Numbered from the stretch's first letter, positions 1-10,463 are shown. The stretch: 64,000 nt of DNA from Endomicrobiales bacterium (GCA_016929635.1 JAFGIL010000010.1:829-64828); one strand, 5' to 3'. Program-made: numbers and translations. The notes: a model not told the origin generated them from the sequence alone.

Positions 1-420
1 GACTTCCTGATCAAAATCAATATTATCAGCCTGTATATATACTGGGACTGTAGACCCCTGCATGTTATATATGACTTTGGGCCTGCCTCCCCACAATTTG
101 CCCGTATTGTTTTTCAGGTTATACTTTGCCTTTTCCGATTTGGCCTGTATCAGTTCATTATTATCACTGAAGGTTTTAAAATCCACCCTGCCGGATGCCT
201 CGACAGTATCATCTTTTTTATTTTGGATAATCTTTTTTGCCTTTAATGCATTTTTTCCTTTTCTAACCTCAGCTCCTTGAGAAAATACTACCTGCTGACC
301 GCCCTTTATCATCTCCATTTTCTTTCCGGTAACAGTCACCTTGGATTTACTGGCTCCGTACAAAAAACTGCTTATGAACAATATTATTAAATAAAATGAA
401 ATATTTTTTTTGATAAACAT
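1..420 (-). CDS. lptA: LptA/OstA-like periplasmic LPS transport protein (3' end cut by window edge)
   Basis: Absent from the ORF track because it runs off the window. From ATG at 420-418 the reverse complement reads MFIKKNISFYLIILFISSFLYGASKSKVTVTGKKMEMIKGGQQVVFSQGAEV...YIQADNIDFDQEV with no stop through position 1. It has a signal peptide plus an OstA_N-like pattern and lies directly downstream of lptC. Confidence 0.6.
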   Translation of the reverse strand, partial: MFIKKNISFYLIILFISSFLYGASKSKVTVTGKKMEMIKGGQQVVFSQGAEVRKGKNALKAKKIIQNKKDDTVEASGRVDFKTFSDNNELIQAKSEKAKYNLKNNTGKLWGGRPKVIYNMQGSTVPVYIQADNIDFDQEV

Positions 421-444
421 AGCCTTTAAATAAAAATCCCAATC

Positions 445-966
445 TCACATATTCTCATTCATTTCAACTCTTTGATTTTTAATCAATATGTATTCAAGGT
501 CAGGCGTAGCTTCCATCCCTTTGCCGTAAATGGTTTCATCCGGCTTAATAAGCTTTACTTCCTCTTCCGTGACTATTTTTTTATCCTCGGACAAATAATG
601 CAAATTACTTGTTTCCATCTTTTCGCCTTTAACCGTGTTAAGCACACATTCACCTTCTCCCCATATATCATAATTCTCCGTATTTATCCTACCCTTTTCA
701 GCTACGAGCGTAGATACATATTCCCCCTCTTTATAAAACTTTATCTCCGGGGACTCCAGAAGCACTTTATTTTCACTTTCCAAAATCTGCGCGAATCCTG
801 CGTTTAGTATCCAGTTTGGCTTTCCATCTTTCGTTTCCATTACATCGAAATCCTTGATGGTTTGATCCATGGCTGATATCTCGCCGCTTTGTTGTTTTGT
901 TTCCCGGCAGGAAACAATTACAAAAAAAATAAAGAATACTAACAGGTAAACTGCTTTTTTATTCAT
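445..966 (-). CDS. lptC: LptC-like LPS export protein (N-terminal anchor/lipobox-like VSC)
   Basis: 173 aa with an N-terminal hydrophobic anchor and a beta-rich LptC-like pattern (WILNAGFAQILESENKVLLESPEIKFY...TSNLHYLSEDKKIVTEEEVKL). It sits in the kdsC...lptC-lptA gene order. Confidence 0.6.
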   Translation of the reverse strand: MNKKAVYLLVFFIFFVIVSCRETKQQSGEISAMDQTIKDFDVMETKDGKPNWILNAGFAQILESENKVLLESPEIKFYKEGEYVSTLVAEKGRINTENYDIWGEGECVLNTVKGEKMETSNLHYLSEDKKIVTEEEVKLIKPDETIYGKGMEATPDLEYILIKNQRVEMNENM

Positions 967-967
967 A

Positions 968-1915
968 TTAACTTTTACGCTTTGAATCCGGCCTGGTTTT
1001 CCAGCGATTATGCATCCAAACCCACTGGGAAGTATACTTTCTTATATGGTCTTCTATTAATCCGGTAATATTCTGTGTGTTAGTGACAATATCGTTTTCT
1101 TCATTACCGGTTCGGACTAATTCAACCGGGCCCGAAATTATAGATTTATGTTTATCATCCGGCAATCTTATGTCCAAGGCCAAAACCACACTGGCTCCGG
1201 TTCTTATAGCCAAAGTTACAAGCCCGGAAGGCGTCCATGCAGGCCTTGAAAAAAAATTCACAAAAACACCCGGCACATCAGTATCCTGGTCAATCAAGAC
1301 GCCAATTGCCTCATTGTTTCTGAGGCTCCTGAGTATCTCCTTAGCCGAACTGATTTCCGAACGCAAAATAACGTTTATCCCTTTCGAACTGCGGTAACCT
1401 ACCAGCATTCTATTGATTTCCTCGATATAAATCTTCCTGGCAATTACATTAATCGGAAATCCGCTCACCGAAAGTGATGCCCCCATAAATTCCCAGTTCC
1501 CGCAATGAGCGCCGGCGATTAAAACACCTTTTCCATTGCTCAGGGCTTTTTCCATAATCTCCTTGTTTTCAATCTCAACAATAGAACGTATTTTCTCTTC
1601 CGTTAATTTAGGAAAGGAAAAAACCTCAAATAGATTTTTTCCCTGGTTTACAAAGACATCTCTGGCTGTTTTTTGCAGCTCACTTTTATCTTTATCGGGA
1701 AAGCATTTACTCAGATTATCTTCTACCGTCTTCCTTGCATGCCCGACCAAATAATAGGTCAGAAATCCCAGCCAGCCGCCCAGCTTTACGGAAAAACTAT
1801 ATGGCAATATAAGGACGATTTTCGAAAATACCAATGCAAGTAAATAATATATCTTGCGTAAAAGCTTTCTAAACATCTCATGACCCTTGATTCTCGATAT
1901 CTGATTTAAAAACAA
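968..1915 (-). CDS. lpxL: Lipid A biosynthesis (Kdo)2-lipid IVA acyltransferase, LpxL/HtrB family
   Basis: 315 aa with an N-terminal TM helix and the HCGNWEF motif (HxxxxD/E-type acyltransferase box of the LpxL/LpxM family). LPS gene context. Confidence 0.75.
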   Translation of the reverse strand: MFLNQISRIKGHEMFRKLLRKIYYLLALVFSKIVLILPYSFSVKLGGWLGFLTYYLVGHARKTVEDNLSKCFPDKDKSELQKTARDVFVNQGKNLFEVFSFPKLTEEKIRSIVEIENKEIMEKALSNGKGVLIAGAHCGNWEFMGASLSVSGFPINVIARKIYIEEINRMLVGYRSSKGINVILRSEISSAKEILRSLRNNEAIGVLIDQDTDVPGVFVNFFSRPAWTPSGLVTLAIRTGASVVLALDIRLPDDKHKSIISGPVELVRTGNEENDIVTNTQNITGLIEDHIRKYTSQWVWMHNRWKTRPDSKRKS

Positions 1916-1949
1916 AGATTGAGTACCAAGAATCCATCATCTCGGAACT

Positions 1950-2486
1950 CTAAATGTAACCTTCGGTTGCCTTGCCCCATACTTTCTGCGCTTTGAGGAC
2001 TATATCAACAACTTCCCTTAAAATTCCCTTCCCGCCCTGAAGCGAACTCACATAATCAGCCTCTTTTTTGACTTCAGGTAGAGCATCTTTCGGACAAACC
2101 GAAAACCCCACATTACGAATTACGGGAATATCCACTAAATCGTCTCCAATAAATGCCACTTCTTCCATTCCTATGCCGAGTTTATCAGCGATTTCCTTTA
2201 TAGCTTTGCTTTTATCCATACAGTCCTGATAAAGAAAATCTATGCCGGACTCTCTAGCCCTTAACTCTACCTGTTTGGACTCCCTTCCGGTAATCCAGGC
2301 AAACTTTATACCGCTGCCGCTTCTTTTTACCAGGTAGAAACCCATGCGGTCTTTTACGTTCCATACTTTTACTTCTTCTCCAGAATCTAAAATAATTATT
2401 TCACCGCCGGTAAGCACTCCGTCTACATCCATGCCCAGAAGTTTTACCCTGCGTGCCTTATTCAATATGTTTTTGCTTATTTTCAC
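1950..2486 (-). CDS. kdsC: 3-deoxy-D-manno-octulosonate 8-phosphate phosphatase
   Basis: 178 aa HAD-IIIA protein with LLGMDVDGVLTGG and FIGDDLVDIPV motifs, adjacent to kdsA/kdsB. Confidence 0.85.
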   Translation of the reverse strand: MKISKNILNKARRVKLLGMDVDGVLTGGEIIILDSGEEVKVWNVKDRMGFYLVKRSGSGIKFAWITGRESKQVELRARESGIDFLYQDCMDKSKAIKEIADKLGIGMEEVAFIGDDLVDIPVIRNVGFSVCPKDALPEVKKEADYVSSLQGGKGILREVVDIVLKAQKVWGKATEGYI

Positions 2487-2541
2487 TTAGCTGCTCCTTC
2501 AATTTTTTTGGATTTAATAAGGAATGTTATCTTAATTCACC

Positions 2542-2799
2542 CTATCCGACCGACTCCTCTTTTGGCAGATCCTTAAGCCATGGTGTTACATCATTGGGAA
2601 TTTGCCGTAAATAGGGTTTTAATAAATGATTCATTAAGAAGAATGCTATAATTAAACAGGTGTAAATAATCACCAGGGCTCTTACATGCCACTTCCAAGA
2701 AGGTTTCCATAATACAGGCGGTATATTCAACTCCGTTCCGCATTTTTTGCATAATTTTGCCCCATCTTTATTTTCCATATTACACTTTGGACACTTCAT
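2542..2799 (-). CDS. Small zinc-ribbon membrane protein (hypothetical)
   Basis: MKCPKCNMENKDGAKLCKKCGTEL (CxxC...CxxC) followed by one TM helix. I prefer the ATG at 2799 over the track's TTG at 2820 because GGAGG lies about 8 nt upstream of the ATG. Confidence 0.5.
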   Translation of the reverse strand: MKCPKCNMENKDGAKLCKKCGTELNIPPVLWKPSWKWHVRALVIIYTCLIIAFFLMNHLLKPYLRQIPNDVTPWLKDLPKEESVG

Positions 2800-2816
2800 C
2801 TGAAAACCTCCGATAA

Positions 2817-3650
2817 TCAACCCTTCTTTATTAAACGGTCTATTTTAAGGACTATTTTAAGAAAATCGGGCAATTCATTTAATGACAGGCTATTTGCCCC
2901 GTCGGAAAGTGCTTTTTTCGGGTTCGGATGCACTTCAACGAATATTCCAGCTATACCTACGGAAGCAGCAGCTTTTGCTAATGGCTTAACAAACTCCCTC
3001 TGTCCGCCGGATGATTTTCCCATACCTCCGGGTAGCTGCACAGAATGCGTGGCATCAAAAATAACCGGATAGCCGGTATTTTTCATAATAACCAGAGATC
3101 TGATATCAGTGATAAGATTATTATAACCAAACGAAGCCCCTCTCTCTGTAAGCAGTATCTTTTTATTTCCAGTCCTTTCGATTTTCTTTATAATATTCGA
3201 AACGTCATTCGGCGCCATAAACTGCCCTTTTTTAACGTTTACAACGCACCCTGACTCCGCGGATTTTAACAGAAGATCAGTCTGTCGGGAAAGAAACGCC
3301 GGAATCTGTATAATATCCGCAACCTCGCCTGCTTCATCCACTTCGTTAACGCAGTGGACATCCGTTAGAACCGGCACTTTGTATTTTGTTTTAATTTCAT
3401 CCAGTATTTCCAGGCCTTCTTCGATTCCCGGGCCTCTATATGCATCAATCGAGGTTCTGTTTGCCTTATCATATGAAGCCTTAAAAATAAACGGCAAATC
3501 AAACCTGGAAGCAATAGACTTAAGCCTTGCAGCTATACCCAATGCCTGCTTTCTGTTTTCAATAACACAAGGCCCTGCGATCAAAACCAGTTTATTATCA
3601 TTTGATATTTCGATTCTGTTCTGCTTAAGTTTTACGGTTCTTTGTTTCAT
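2817..3650 (-). CDS. kdsA: 2-dehydro-3-deoxyphosphooctonate aldolase (KDO8P synthase)
   Basis: 277 aa with the family pattern across the full length: LIAGPCVIE, FKASYDKANRTS, VKKGQFMAP, LTERG, DATHSVQLPGG. Confidence 0.95.
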   Translation of the reverse strand: MKQRTVKLKQNRIEISNDNKLVLIAGPCVIENRKQALGIAARLKSIASRFDLPFIFKASYDKANRTSIDAYRGPGIEEGLEILDEIKTKYKVPVLTDVHCVNEVDEAGEVADIIQIPAFLSRQTDLLLKSAESGCVVNVKKGQFMAPNDVSNIIKKIERTGNKKILLTERGASFGYNNLITDIRSLVIMKNTGYPVIFDATHSVQLPGGMGKSSGGQREFVKPLAKAAASVGIAGIFVEVHPNPKKALSDGANSLSLNELPDFLKIVLKIDRLIKKG

Positions 3651-3668
3651 AGTCTTTCACTCTCGTAT

Positions 3669-4409
3669 TTATATTATTTTTCCAATTCTTTTAACATCCT
3701 CAGGAGTGTCAACGCCAAAAGAATCCTTCCTTGAAATAATAACTTTTATTTTATGCCCGTTCTCTAGAACCCTTAACTGTTCCAGTTTTTCAATCTTCTC
3801 CAGCGGGGTTTGCTTCCAAGATGAATACTTTAATAAGAATTTGCGCCTGTATCCGTATATGCCGAGGTGTTTCAACCACAGCTTACTGCTAGTTTTTACC
3901 GCATCTTCGCGTTTAAAAGGAATGCAATAGCGCGAGAAATACAGCGCATTGCTGTTCTTATTGAGAACTACCTTGACTACGTTCGGATCGTCCAGTTCAG
4001 CACTATTCTTTATGGGATATGCTGCTGTAACCATATCAAGGTCAGAGTCCCTTAACAACTCTGAGGCCAGCTTATCAATCAAGACCGGTGATATTTTCGG
4101 CTCGTCACCCTGTATATTTATTAAAACATCCGCTTTTTTTTCTATCTTCTTTGCGACTTCAGCTAATCGGTCTGTGCCGCTGCTGCAGCTTTTTGAAGTT
4201 AACGCTACTTTTGCACCAAATTTTCTTGCAGCAGTTACTATTCTTATATCGTCCGTGGCAATTATTACATCATCCAGTTTCTTGCTTTTTTTGACTTGTC
4301 TATAAACATGTTCTATTAAGTATTTCCCTTTAACCAATAACAGCGGTTTAGCAGGCAAACGTGTAGAGCCGTATCTTGCGGGTATTATTCCAACAACTCG
4401 CTTTCTCAT
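3669..4409 (-). CDS. kdsB: 3-deoxy-manno-octulosonate cytidylyltransferase (CMP-Kdo synthetase)
   Basis: 246 aa with GIIPARYGSTRLPAKPLL and NIQGDEP motifs. Confidence 0.95.
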   Translation of the reverse strand: MRKRVVGIIPARYGSTRLPAKPLLLVKGKYLIEHVYRQVKKSKKLDDVIIATDDIRIVTAARKFGAKVALTSKSCSSGTDRLAEVAKKIEKKADVLINIQGDEPKISPVLIDKLASELLRDSDLDMVTAAYPIKNSAELDDPNVVKVVLNKNSNALYFSRYCIPFKREDAVKTSSKLWLKHLGIYGYRRKFLLKYSSWKQTPLEKIEKLEQLRVLENGHKIKVIISRKDSFGVDTPEDVKRIGKII

Positions 4410-4420
4410 TATTTAAAAGA

Positions 4421-5404
4421 TCACTCCTTATAATTTGTAATTGCTGCTTTAAGTTCAGCCGGTGTAACAGTAGCTGTGCCGAGTTTGCCTACCACAATAC
4501 CTGCTGCGAAATTGCTGAGTTCCGCAGCTTCGGAAAAACTGGCATTTGAGGCTACAGCCAGGGTAAAGGATGCAATTACCGTATCGCCTGCGCCGGTAAC
4601 ATCAAATACTTCCCTTGCTCTTGTAGGAATATGGGTGGTTTTATTCCCCGGCTCATAAAGAGTCATGCCTTTTTCTCCGCGTGTGATTAATACTGATTTA
4701 GAGCGCAATCTTTTAAGTATTTTAAATCCTAGATTATTTATATCCTTATCTTCTGATATCTCATGCGACCGCATCCCGCTGATTGCTTCGGATAAATTAG
4801 GTGTTATGCAACTTACATTTTTATACTGTAAAAAATGTTCAATCTTCGGGTCAACTACGACAGGAATACTTTGTTTACTCGCTAAGCTAATTGCTTTTCT
4901 CAGGATCGTCTTATTTATCATGCCCTTACCGTAATCAGATATTATGACCGCACTGGTATGCGGAATGATTTTGTCCAAATATCTTATTATTCTCTGATTT
5001 AAGCTCTTGGGAAGTTCCCCTTTGACTTCTCTATCAACACGTACAATCTGCTGATGTGCTGCAATTATTCTGGTTTTAATTATTGTAGGTCGGCTGTAAT
5101 CGCATATTAACCCCTCTGCATTTATCTTGTTAAGTAACAACTCATCCCTTAAATGATTCCCCACCATATCATTGCCAACAATTCCTGAAATATAAACCTG
5201 CGCCCCGAGACTTCTCAGGTTATTTGCTACGTTCCCTGCCCCTCCGAAACTGTAGGTCTCCTTTGTGGTTTCAACCACCGGGACAGGTGCTTCAGGCGAA
5301 ATGCGCGAAACTTTACCCCAGACAAACTTGTCTACCATTATATCACCCAAAACGAGTATTTTCTGCTTAGTGAATTTTGGTATAAAACGCAAAAGCTTTT
5401 CCAT
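4421..5404 (-). CDS. hldA: D-glycero-beta-D-manno-heptose-7-phosphate kinase (RfaE domain I type, PfkB family)
   Basis: 327 aa with ILVLGDIMVDKFVWGKVSRISPEAPVPVV and DVTGAGDTV (PfkB signature). No adenylyltransferase domain is fused. Confidence 0.8.
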   Translation of the reverse strand: MEKLLRFIPKFTKQKILVLGDIMVDKFVWGKVSRISPEAPVPVVETTKETYSFGGAGNVANNLRSLGAQVYISGIVGNDMVGNHLRDELLLNKINAEGLICDYSRPTIIKTRIIAAHQQIVRVDREVKGELPKSLNQRIIRYLDKIIPHTSAVIISDYGKGMINKTILRKAISLASKQSIPVVVDPKIEHFLQYKNVSCITPNLSEAISGMRSHEISEDKDINNLGFKILKRLRSKSVLITRGEKGMTLYEPGNKTTHIPTRAREVFDVTGAGDTVIASFTLAVASNASFSEAAELSNFAAGIVVGKLGTATVTPAELKAAITNYKE

Positions 5405-5486
5405 TAGATTAACTCCAATATTGTTTATATTTTCAAATATATTTTACAATATTTTTCTTCTTTTTTCCATTGGCCCCATTAAGTAA

Positions 5487-6269
5487 TTACCTGACATTTT
5501 CCATCTTGTTCAGCTTTGCAGTAACAGAGCCTATCATAACCTTTGAACTCATCTTTACAGGAATTTTCTTGTCATCTGCAGTAAGCCACACCCAGAGTTT
5601 CCCTTTTGCCTGAAATATCCCGGCATCTTCCCTGATTTTTGGCTCAACCACAAAACATTCAAATTTACCCACAGAGACTTTAATTTTTTCTTTCCGTACA
5701 ACCTTCACTGTTAAAGGCCATGATTTATCACCGGAATGTGCGTCAATGCTGTATTCCTTTCCTACTTCCAGTTTTTTTGTCCTCAAATAATAGAGCGAAG
5801 AGAGCACATCCTGTACCCATAACGGTGTTTTCCCTGTTTTACTTGATTCAACAATAGTAAACTGGTTATTTATCTGATCGAACAGAATCGTTTCCTTCTT
5901 TTTAAAGTTCCCCTCGGAAATATTACTCAGAAATTTTAAAGAGCAAAGACTTTCGACATCCATCCATGATTCATTCACATCCCTAACCTTAAAAAATTTA
6001 TCAAAAAACGGCGCTGACCTTGCCTTCGTAACAATATGATAGCACTTCCTTCCGTTCAACTCACTTACCGATTCAACATCCATACTTGCAGAACCCACTT
6101 TAATAAAACTCCAGCTAATACTAAAATCCAGCTTTTCCCCGCTAAGAAAAACCTTGTTTTTTTCACTCCTCCATGTAAAATCTGCTGAATCCAGCTTTTC
6201 TGCAAAAAAAGAGTTCCCAAAACATAATATCAATAAATAAATCGCTAATAATTTTCTTTTAGAATCCAT
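5487..6269 (-). CDS. DUF3108-like secreted protein
   Basis: Signal peptide plus a beta-rich pattern typical of DUF3108. The likely start is the ATG at 6269, overlapping the gmhB stop (TAATG), rather than the track's upstream start at 6296. Confidence 0.55.
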   Translation of the reverse strand: MDSKRKLLAIYLLILCFGNSFFAEKLDSADFTWRSEKNKVFLSGEKLDFSISWSFIKVGSASMDVESVSELNGRKCYHIVTKARSAPFFDKFFKVRDVNESWMDVESLCSLKFLSNISEGNFKKKETILFDQINNQFTIVESSKTGKTPLWVQDVLSSLYYLRTKKLEVGKEYSIDAHSGDKSWPLTVKVVRKEKIKVSVGKFECFVVEPKIREDAGIFQAKGKLWVWLTADDKKIPVKMSSKVMIGSVTAKLNKMENVR

Positions 6270-6844
6270 TATTTTTTCTTCTGCCCTAATATCCATTTGG
6301 CAGCAGCCAAGAGGTTCTGCTCAATTCTGTCAGGTTTAAGCCTTCCGCCGCTGGAATTTATTTTTTCCAGTTCCTCTTTGCCGTGTCCTGTCAGCAAAAA
6401 TATGCCGGTCCCGCCCATGTTTTGGCCTAACAGGAAATCATTAACATGATCCCCGATCGTAAAAGATTTTTTTAAATCAATATTTAACCTTTTTTGTGCC
6501 AGCTTTACCATGCCCAGCTTTGGCTTCCTGCAGCTGCAGTTGTCACCCGGAGCATGCGGACAATAATATAATGCATCCAGATATACGCCTTTTTTCTTCA
6601 ATAACTTCTTCAGGTGCGTATGTATCAAAGCCAGTTTCTTTTTGGTTAAATAACCCCTGCCTATACCGGACTGGTTTGTAACCAGTATCAGTTTATAACC
6701 GGCTTTGCGGAGCAATGACAATGACTCAACAGTGCCGGATAATATCCTGATATCTTTAACTTTTCTTAGATAATGCCTTTCCCTTATAATTGTGCCGTCA
6801 CGGTCTAAGAAAACTGCAATATTCTTTTTAGTTCTTTTTTCCAA
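6269..6844 (-). CDS. gmhB: D-glycero-beta-D-manno-heptose-1,7-bisphosphate 7-phosphatase
   Basis: 191 aa HAD-IIIA protein with FLDRDGTI and the Zn-binding CPHAPGDNCSCRKP loop. The track start is a TTG. Confidence 0.85.
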   Translation of the reverse strand: MEKRTKKNIAVFLDRDGTIIRERHYLRKVKDIRILSGTVESLSLLRKAGYKLILVTNQSGIGRGYLTKKKLALIHTHLKKLLKKKGVYLDALYYCPHAPGDNCSCRKPKLGMVKLAQKRLNIDLKKSFTIGDHVNDFLLGQNMGGTGIFLLTGHGKEELEKINSSGGRLKPDRIEQNLLAAAKWILGQKKK

Positions 6845-7842
6845 TATTCTTCTCCGGAAGTGATCTGTAACTTTACGTCAAGCACAAATATTTTTCTTCT
6901 TTTTTCATAGGGAATGGAATCCAGCAAACCATCAAGCTTTACCGCATCCTTTGCCGTAGTAACTATAGCCGAATCCTCAGCGGCGTTTAATATTACCGTG
7001 TTTATATCATTCTGATTGTACCAGTGGTGGTCCTTAAACGCAAAATGTTTCTTGATATTTAATTTATGCTTCTTCAGGGTATTTATAAAATTTCCGTTTT
7101 CGCCTAATGCCGACATTGCTATTATGCTGCGGTGCGGAAAATCATTCAGGCTGTAAACTAAATCACCCATCATCTGCCTGAATGCAACGGCATTATATAC
7201 AGCTCTTAAAGGAACCTTTGAGGTTATTTTTTCTATTTTAGCTTCTAGTTTTTTTAACGCTTCATCAGCCAGATGTTCCGTGTTGGTTAAAACAACCAAA
7301 TTCGCGCGTTTTAATGAAGAAACCGGCTCCCTTAGAATCCCGCTCGGTATAAGGGTTCCGTTCCCAAAAGGATCAACAGCATTAATACACACAATATCCA
7401 AATCCCTGTTCACTCTCCAATGCTGAAAACCATCATCAAGAATAAATATATCAGGCGAGTAATTTTTTATTGCCAAATCCGCAGACATACATCTATCAGC
7501 TCCAACTATCACAATTGATCCAGGTGCGCTCTGTGCGATTAAATAAGGCTCATCGCCTGCTTCTTCGGGCGTGGCAATTATTCTCTGTCTGTCGCTGACA
7601 GCAATGCTTTTCGAGTTTTTATCTTTTCTCAGGTAACCTCTTGTAAGAATCGCAGGTTTTAATCCGCTGGCAATCAAATCCTTGGCTATCTTTATGACAA
7701 AAGATGTTTTCCCCGTACCTCCCCATGTTATATTTCCCACGCTTATTACGGGGCGTAATAAATTACGCCTGGATGTCAGCATACGGTCTACGGATACAAG
7801 CATTCTATATATCGGCGATAACGGATATAACAGGATATTCAT
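6805..7842 (-). CDS. lpxK: Tetraacyldisaccharide 4'-kinase
   Basis: 345 aa with P-loop GNITWGGTGKTSF, plus ILTRGY and LDDGFQH. Confidence 0.9.
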   Translation of the reverse strand: MNILLYPLSPIYRMLVSVDRMLTSRRNLLRPVISVGNITWGGTGKTSFVIKIAKDLIASGLKPAILTRGYLRKDKNSKSIAVSDRQRIIATPEEAGDEPYLIAQSAPGSIVIVGADRCMSADLAIKNYSPDIFILDDGFQHWRVNRDLDIVCINAVDPFGNGTLIPSGILREPVSSLKRANLVVLTNTEHLADEALKKLEAKIEKITSKVPLRAVYNAVAFRQMMGDLVYSLNDFPHRSIIAMSALGENGNFINTLKKHKLNIKKHFAFKDHHWYNQNDINTVILNAAEDSAIVTTAKDAVKLDGLLDSIPYEKRRKIFVLDVKLQITSGEEYWKKELKRILQFS

Positions 7843-8594
7843 TTCCTTGTTTTCTCCCAGAGTTTTACATACTTGACAAGCACATAATAAGAATATAAAA
7901 CCGATAAAATAAATCCTTCCCTGCCATCCAGAAAACCTGCTTTCTGAACGTACATCCTTAAAAAAGTACCGACAGGATGAATCAGCAGCTGGCTTATATT
8001 AAACTTCTTTCCCTGCTCCGTCATTTCCCTTGCCCGCAGCGAAGAGTACCTGTCCATTTTAGAGAATAACTCATCTAAAGTAAAAAACGGAAACTGCAGC
8101 ATATGTCCCTTTAAATATCCTATCTTCCCGTTTAACTCAAATGTCTCGTGTACAAGCTGTGAAGTATACTTCATTTTATTCTTGTTAAAAAACTGGGGCT
8201 GGCGGTAATCCGGGTACCACCCGCAGTGTTTTATCTGATGATTCAAAAAATGGCTTATTCTCGGCACGTAGTAGGCATCGGCTTTTATCTCTCCCTTCAG
8301 CATCTCTTCTATCTCATTTTTAAGCTCAACGGTTACTCTCTCATCGGTATCAACACTTAAAATCCAATCGTTGCTTGTATGCGACAAAGCGATGTTCCGC
8401 AGCCTGCCAAAACCCGCGAATTTTTCCTGAATTATATTTTTCGTATATTCCTTGCATATATCAACCGTTTTATCCGTGCTGAATGAATCCAGCACAACAA
8501 TCTCATCAGCCCACTTCACGCTTTCAAGGCAATCCCTGATTTTATTCTCGTTATTATACGATAAAATATATACTGATAACTTCTTTTTTTCCAT
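7839..8594 (-). CDS. Glycosyltransferase family 2 (LPS core type)
   Basis: LSVYILSYNNENKIRDCLESV...VVLDSFSTDKT...SVDTDE (GT-A fold, DxD). Confidence 0.8.
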   Translation of the reverse strand: MEKKKLSVYILSYNNENKIRDCLESVKWADEIVVLDSFSTDKTVDICKEYTKNIIQEKFAGFGRLRNIALSHTSNDWILSVDTDERVTVELKNEIEEMLKGEIKADAYYVPRISHFLNHQIKHCGWYPDYRQPQFFNKNKMKYTSQLVHETFELNGKIGYLKGHMLQFPFFTLDELFSKMDRYSSLRAREMTEQGKKFNISQLLIHPVGTFLRMYVQKAGFLDGREGFILSVLYSYYVLVKYVKLWEKTRK

Positions 8595-8596
8595 TT

Positions 8597-9709
8597 TTAT
8601 TTCCTTATAAAAAGTTCATTGTATGTCTTAATCATTCTCTCTATCATAGCCTCATTGTTAAATCTATCTTTCACAAATTTAATCCCCGCAGCTCCCATTT
8701 CTTCGCGTTTTTTCTCGCTGCTTAACAGCACTTCGAGTGCTCTGACTAAATCCTTTGTATCTTCTTTATTAATCAACATGCCTGTTTCACCGTTTTTAAA
8801 AGTCTCCGGTATTCCACCTACATTTGTACCAATAACCGGCTTTCCCAAGGCTTGAGCTTCCACAACCACCTGGCCAAAACCTTCATTATCCCACGAAAGA
8901 AGACAGAAAACATCCATAGCAGCAATATGTTTCTCAACATCTTCCTGATAACCGGTAAAAACAACTGTGTCCTTGAGGCCCTTTTCCTGGGCAAGTTTTC
9001 TAAAATGGTCTTCAAGCGGCCCTGTACCTACTACAAGAAAGCGAAGCTGAGGATACTTATCATGCAATTTTTCCGCAGCTTCTATCAGATACTGATGCCC
9101 TTTGCCCTTGGGTTTATTTATCGCAGCCACGGTGCCTACAACCAGCTTGTTCTCAAGGTTGTATTTCCTCTTTAACTCCTTTACTTCATCTTCCGAAATG
9201 TTGTCATCGAATGTTTTGGTATTTAAACTGTTATAGATAACGCTCACTTTATCTTTAGGCACGCCTTCCCTTTTTATCAGCCCCTCTGCGACTGCATTTG
9301 AAATCGCAATTATCTTATCCGCGTAGTTGTAATGTGTCCTGCTGTAAACCGCATGAGCAAGCTGAGTGCGCCTGTGGAAAACAACTTTAATATCGCCGTT
9401 AAACCATTTCATTAAGATACAGGGCCAGAATACTTTTCCCTGGTGCGCATGCAGAATATTTATATTCTCTTTTCTTACGATATCATACAACCTGAATATC
9501 CCGAATGGGTCAAAAGAACCTTTTATAATTAAATGGTTTGCTTTAATCCCTAATTTCTGAGCCTGTTTAAAAATATAACTGTCTTTCGGTGCTCCTATGA
9601 AATTCTTTATACCCTTTTCTTCAAGGGAAAACGCCAAATCTATCATCCTTTTTTCAGCTCCGCCTGCTGTCCAGGAAGTATACAGATGCATAACTCTCAT
9701 TTCACTCAT
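8597..9709 (-). CDS. Glycosyltransferase family 4 (GT-B, GT1-like)
   Basis: 370 aa with N-terminal GGAEK and a C-terminal EGFGQVVVEAQALGKPVIGTNVGGIPE motif. Confidence 0.85.
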   Translation of the reverse strand: MSEMRVMHLYTSWTAGGAEKRMIDLAFSLEEKGIKNFIGAPKDSYIFKQAQKLGIKANHLIIKGSFDPFGIFRLYDIVRKENINILHAHQGKVFWPCILMKWFNGDIKVVFHRRTQLAHAVYSRTHYNYADKIIAISNAVAEGLIKREGVPKDKVSVIYNSLNTKTFDDNISEDEVKELKRKYNLENKLVVGTVAAINKPKGKGHQYLIEAAEKLHDKYPQLRFLVVGTGPLEDHFRKLAQEKGLKDTVVFTGYQEDVEKHIAAMDVFCLLSWDNEGFGQVVVEAQALGKPVIGTNVGGIPETFKNGETGMLINKEDTKDLVRALEVLLSSEKKREEMGAAGIKFVKDRFNNEAMIERMIKTYNELFIRK

Positions 9710-9734
9710 TAATATTTATTCCCTTTGTTATTTT

Positions 9735-10463
9735 TTAGGTTTCGGCAAGTACTTTTTTCCCCAAAGAAACGTATTCCTTAAAAGTTGCCTTGAAAAATGT
9801 TTCGACAACCTCCAGGTTTCTTCCTTTCACTTGTGCCCAGTACTGCCCCAAAGCCAGACTCATTTTAACGTAATCGCGCGTTGCAATCTGGGATTTATAA
9901 CAGGATATAGCTTTCGCTTTACCTTCCCATACCCCGCTGATATCAGATAAAACATTCGGATATAAAGGAAACCAGACCGGATACGCATATATAAGAAAAT
10001 CATACTTCTTACTGTTCCCGGCTTTTATTAAAGCATTGTTAACTGCCCTGTGGTCATAATGATTGTCAAGCAAAAACGGAATAAAAACTATTTCAGGCTT
10101 TTTTTCATCAAACAAATTTATCATCTTTTCGGGCAAATCCTTTTGTTCTGCCAGAGAATTTATCCCGTACTTCCATGATACGGAATCATTTATTCCCAGG
10201 GATTTCATTGCATTTCTTGATTCCTCATCCCTGGATTCATTGTCCGCTGTACAAAAAGCTACTGCTGCATTACCGCCCGATTTAACGTGTTTAATTAATG
10301 TCCCTCCACAGCCAACCGATTCATCGTCCTGGTGAGGAGCTAAAACCAAAACATTCCTGCAGGGCAGCTTTTCCTCAAGAACAAGAGAGTACTTAAGATA
10401 CGGCTGAATCAACTCATACAAACGGAATAGTTTCTGATAACGAATAAATTTGACCATAATCAC
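9735..10463 (-). CDS. PIG-L/LmbE family deacetylase
   Basis: VLVLAPHQDDESVGCGGT motif. The start is ambiguous (GTG at 10463 or ATG at 10457). Confidence 0.8.
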   Translation of the reverse strand: MIMVKFIRYQKLFRLYELIQPYLKYSLVLEEKLPCRNVLVLAPHQDDESVGCGGTLIKHVKSGGNAAVAFCTADNESRDEESRNAMKSLGINDSVSWKYGINSLAEQKDLPEKMINLFDEKKPEIVFIPFLLDNHYDHRAVNNALIKAGNSKKYDFLIYAYPVWFPLYPNVLSDISGVWEGKAKAISCYKSQIATRDYVKMSLALGQYWAQVKGRNLEVVETFFKATFKEYVSLGKKVLAET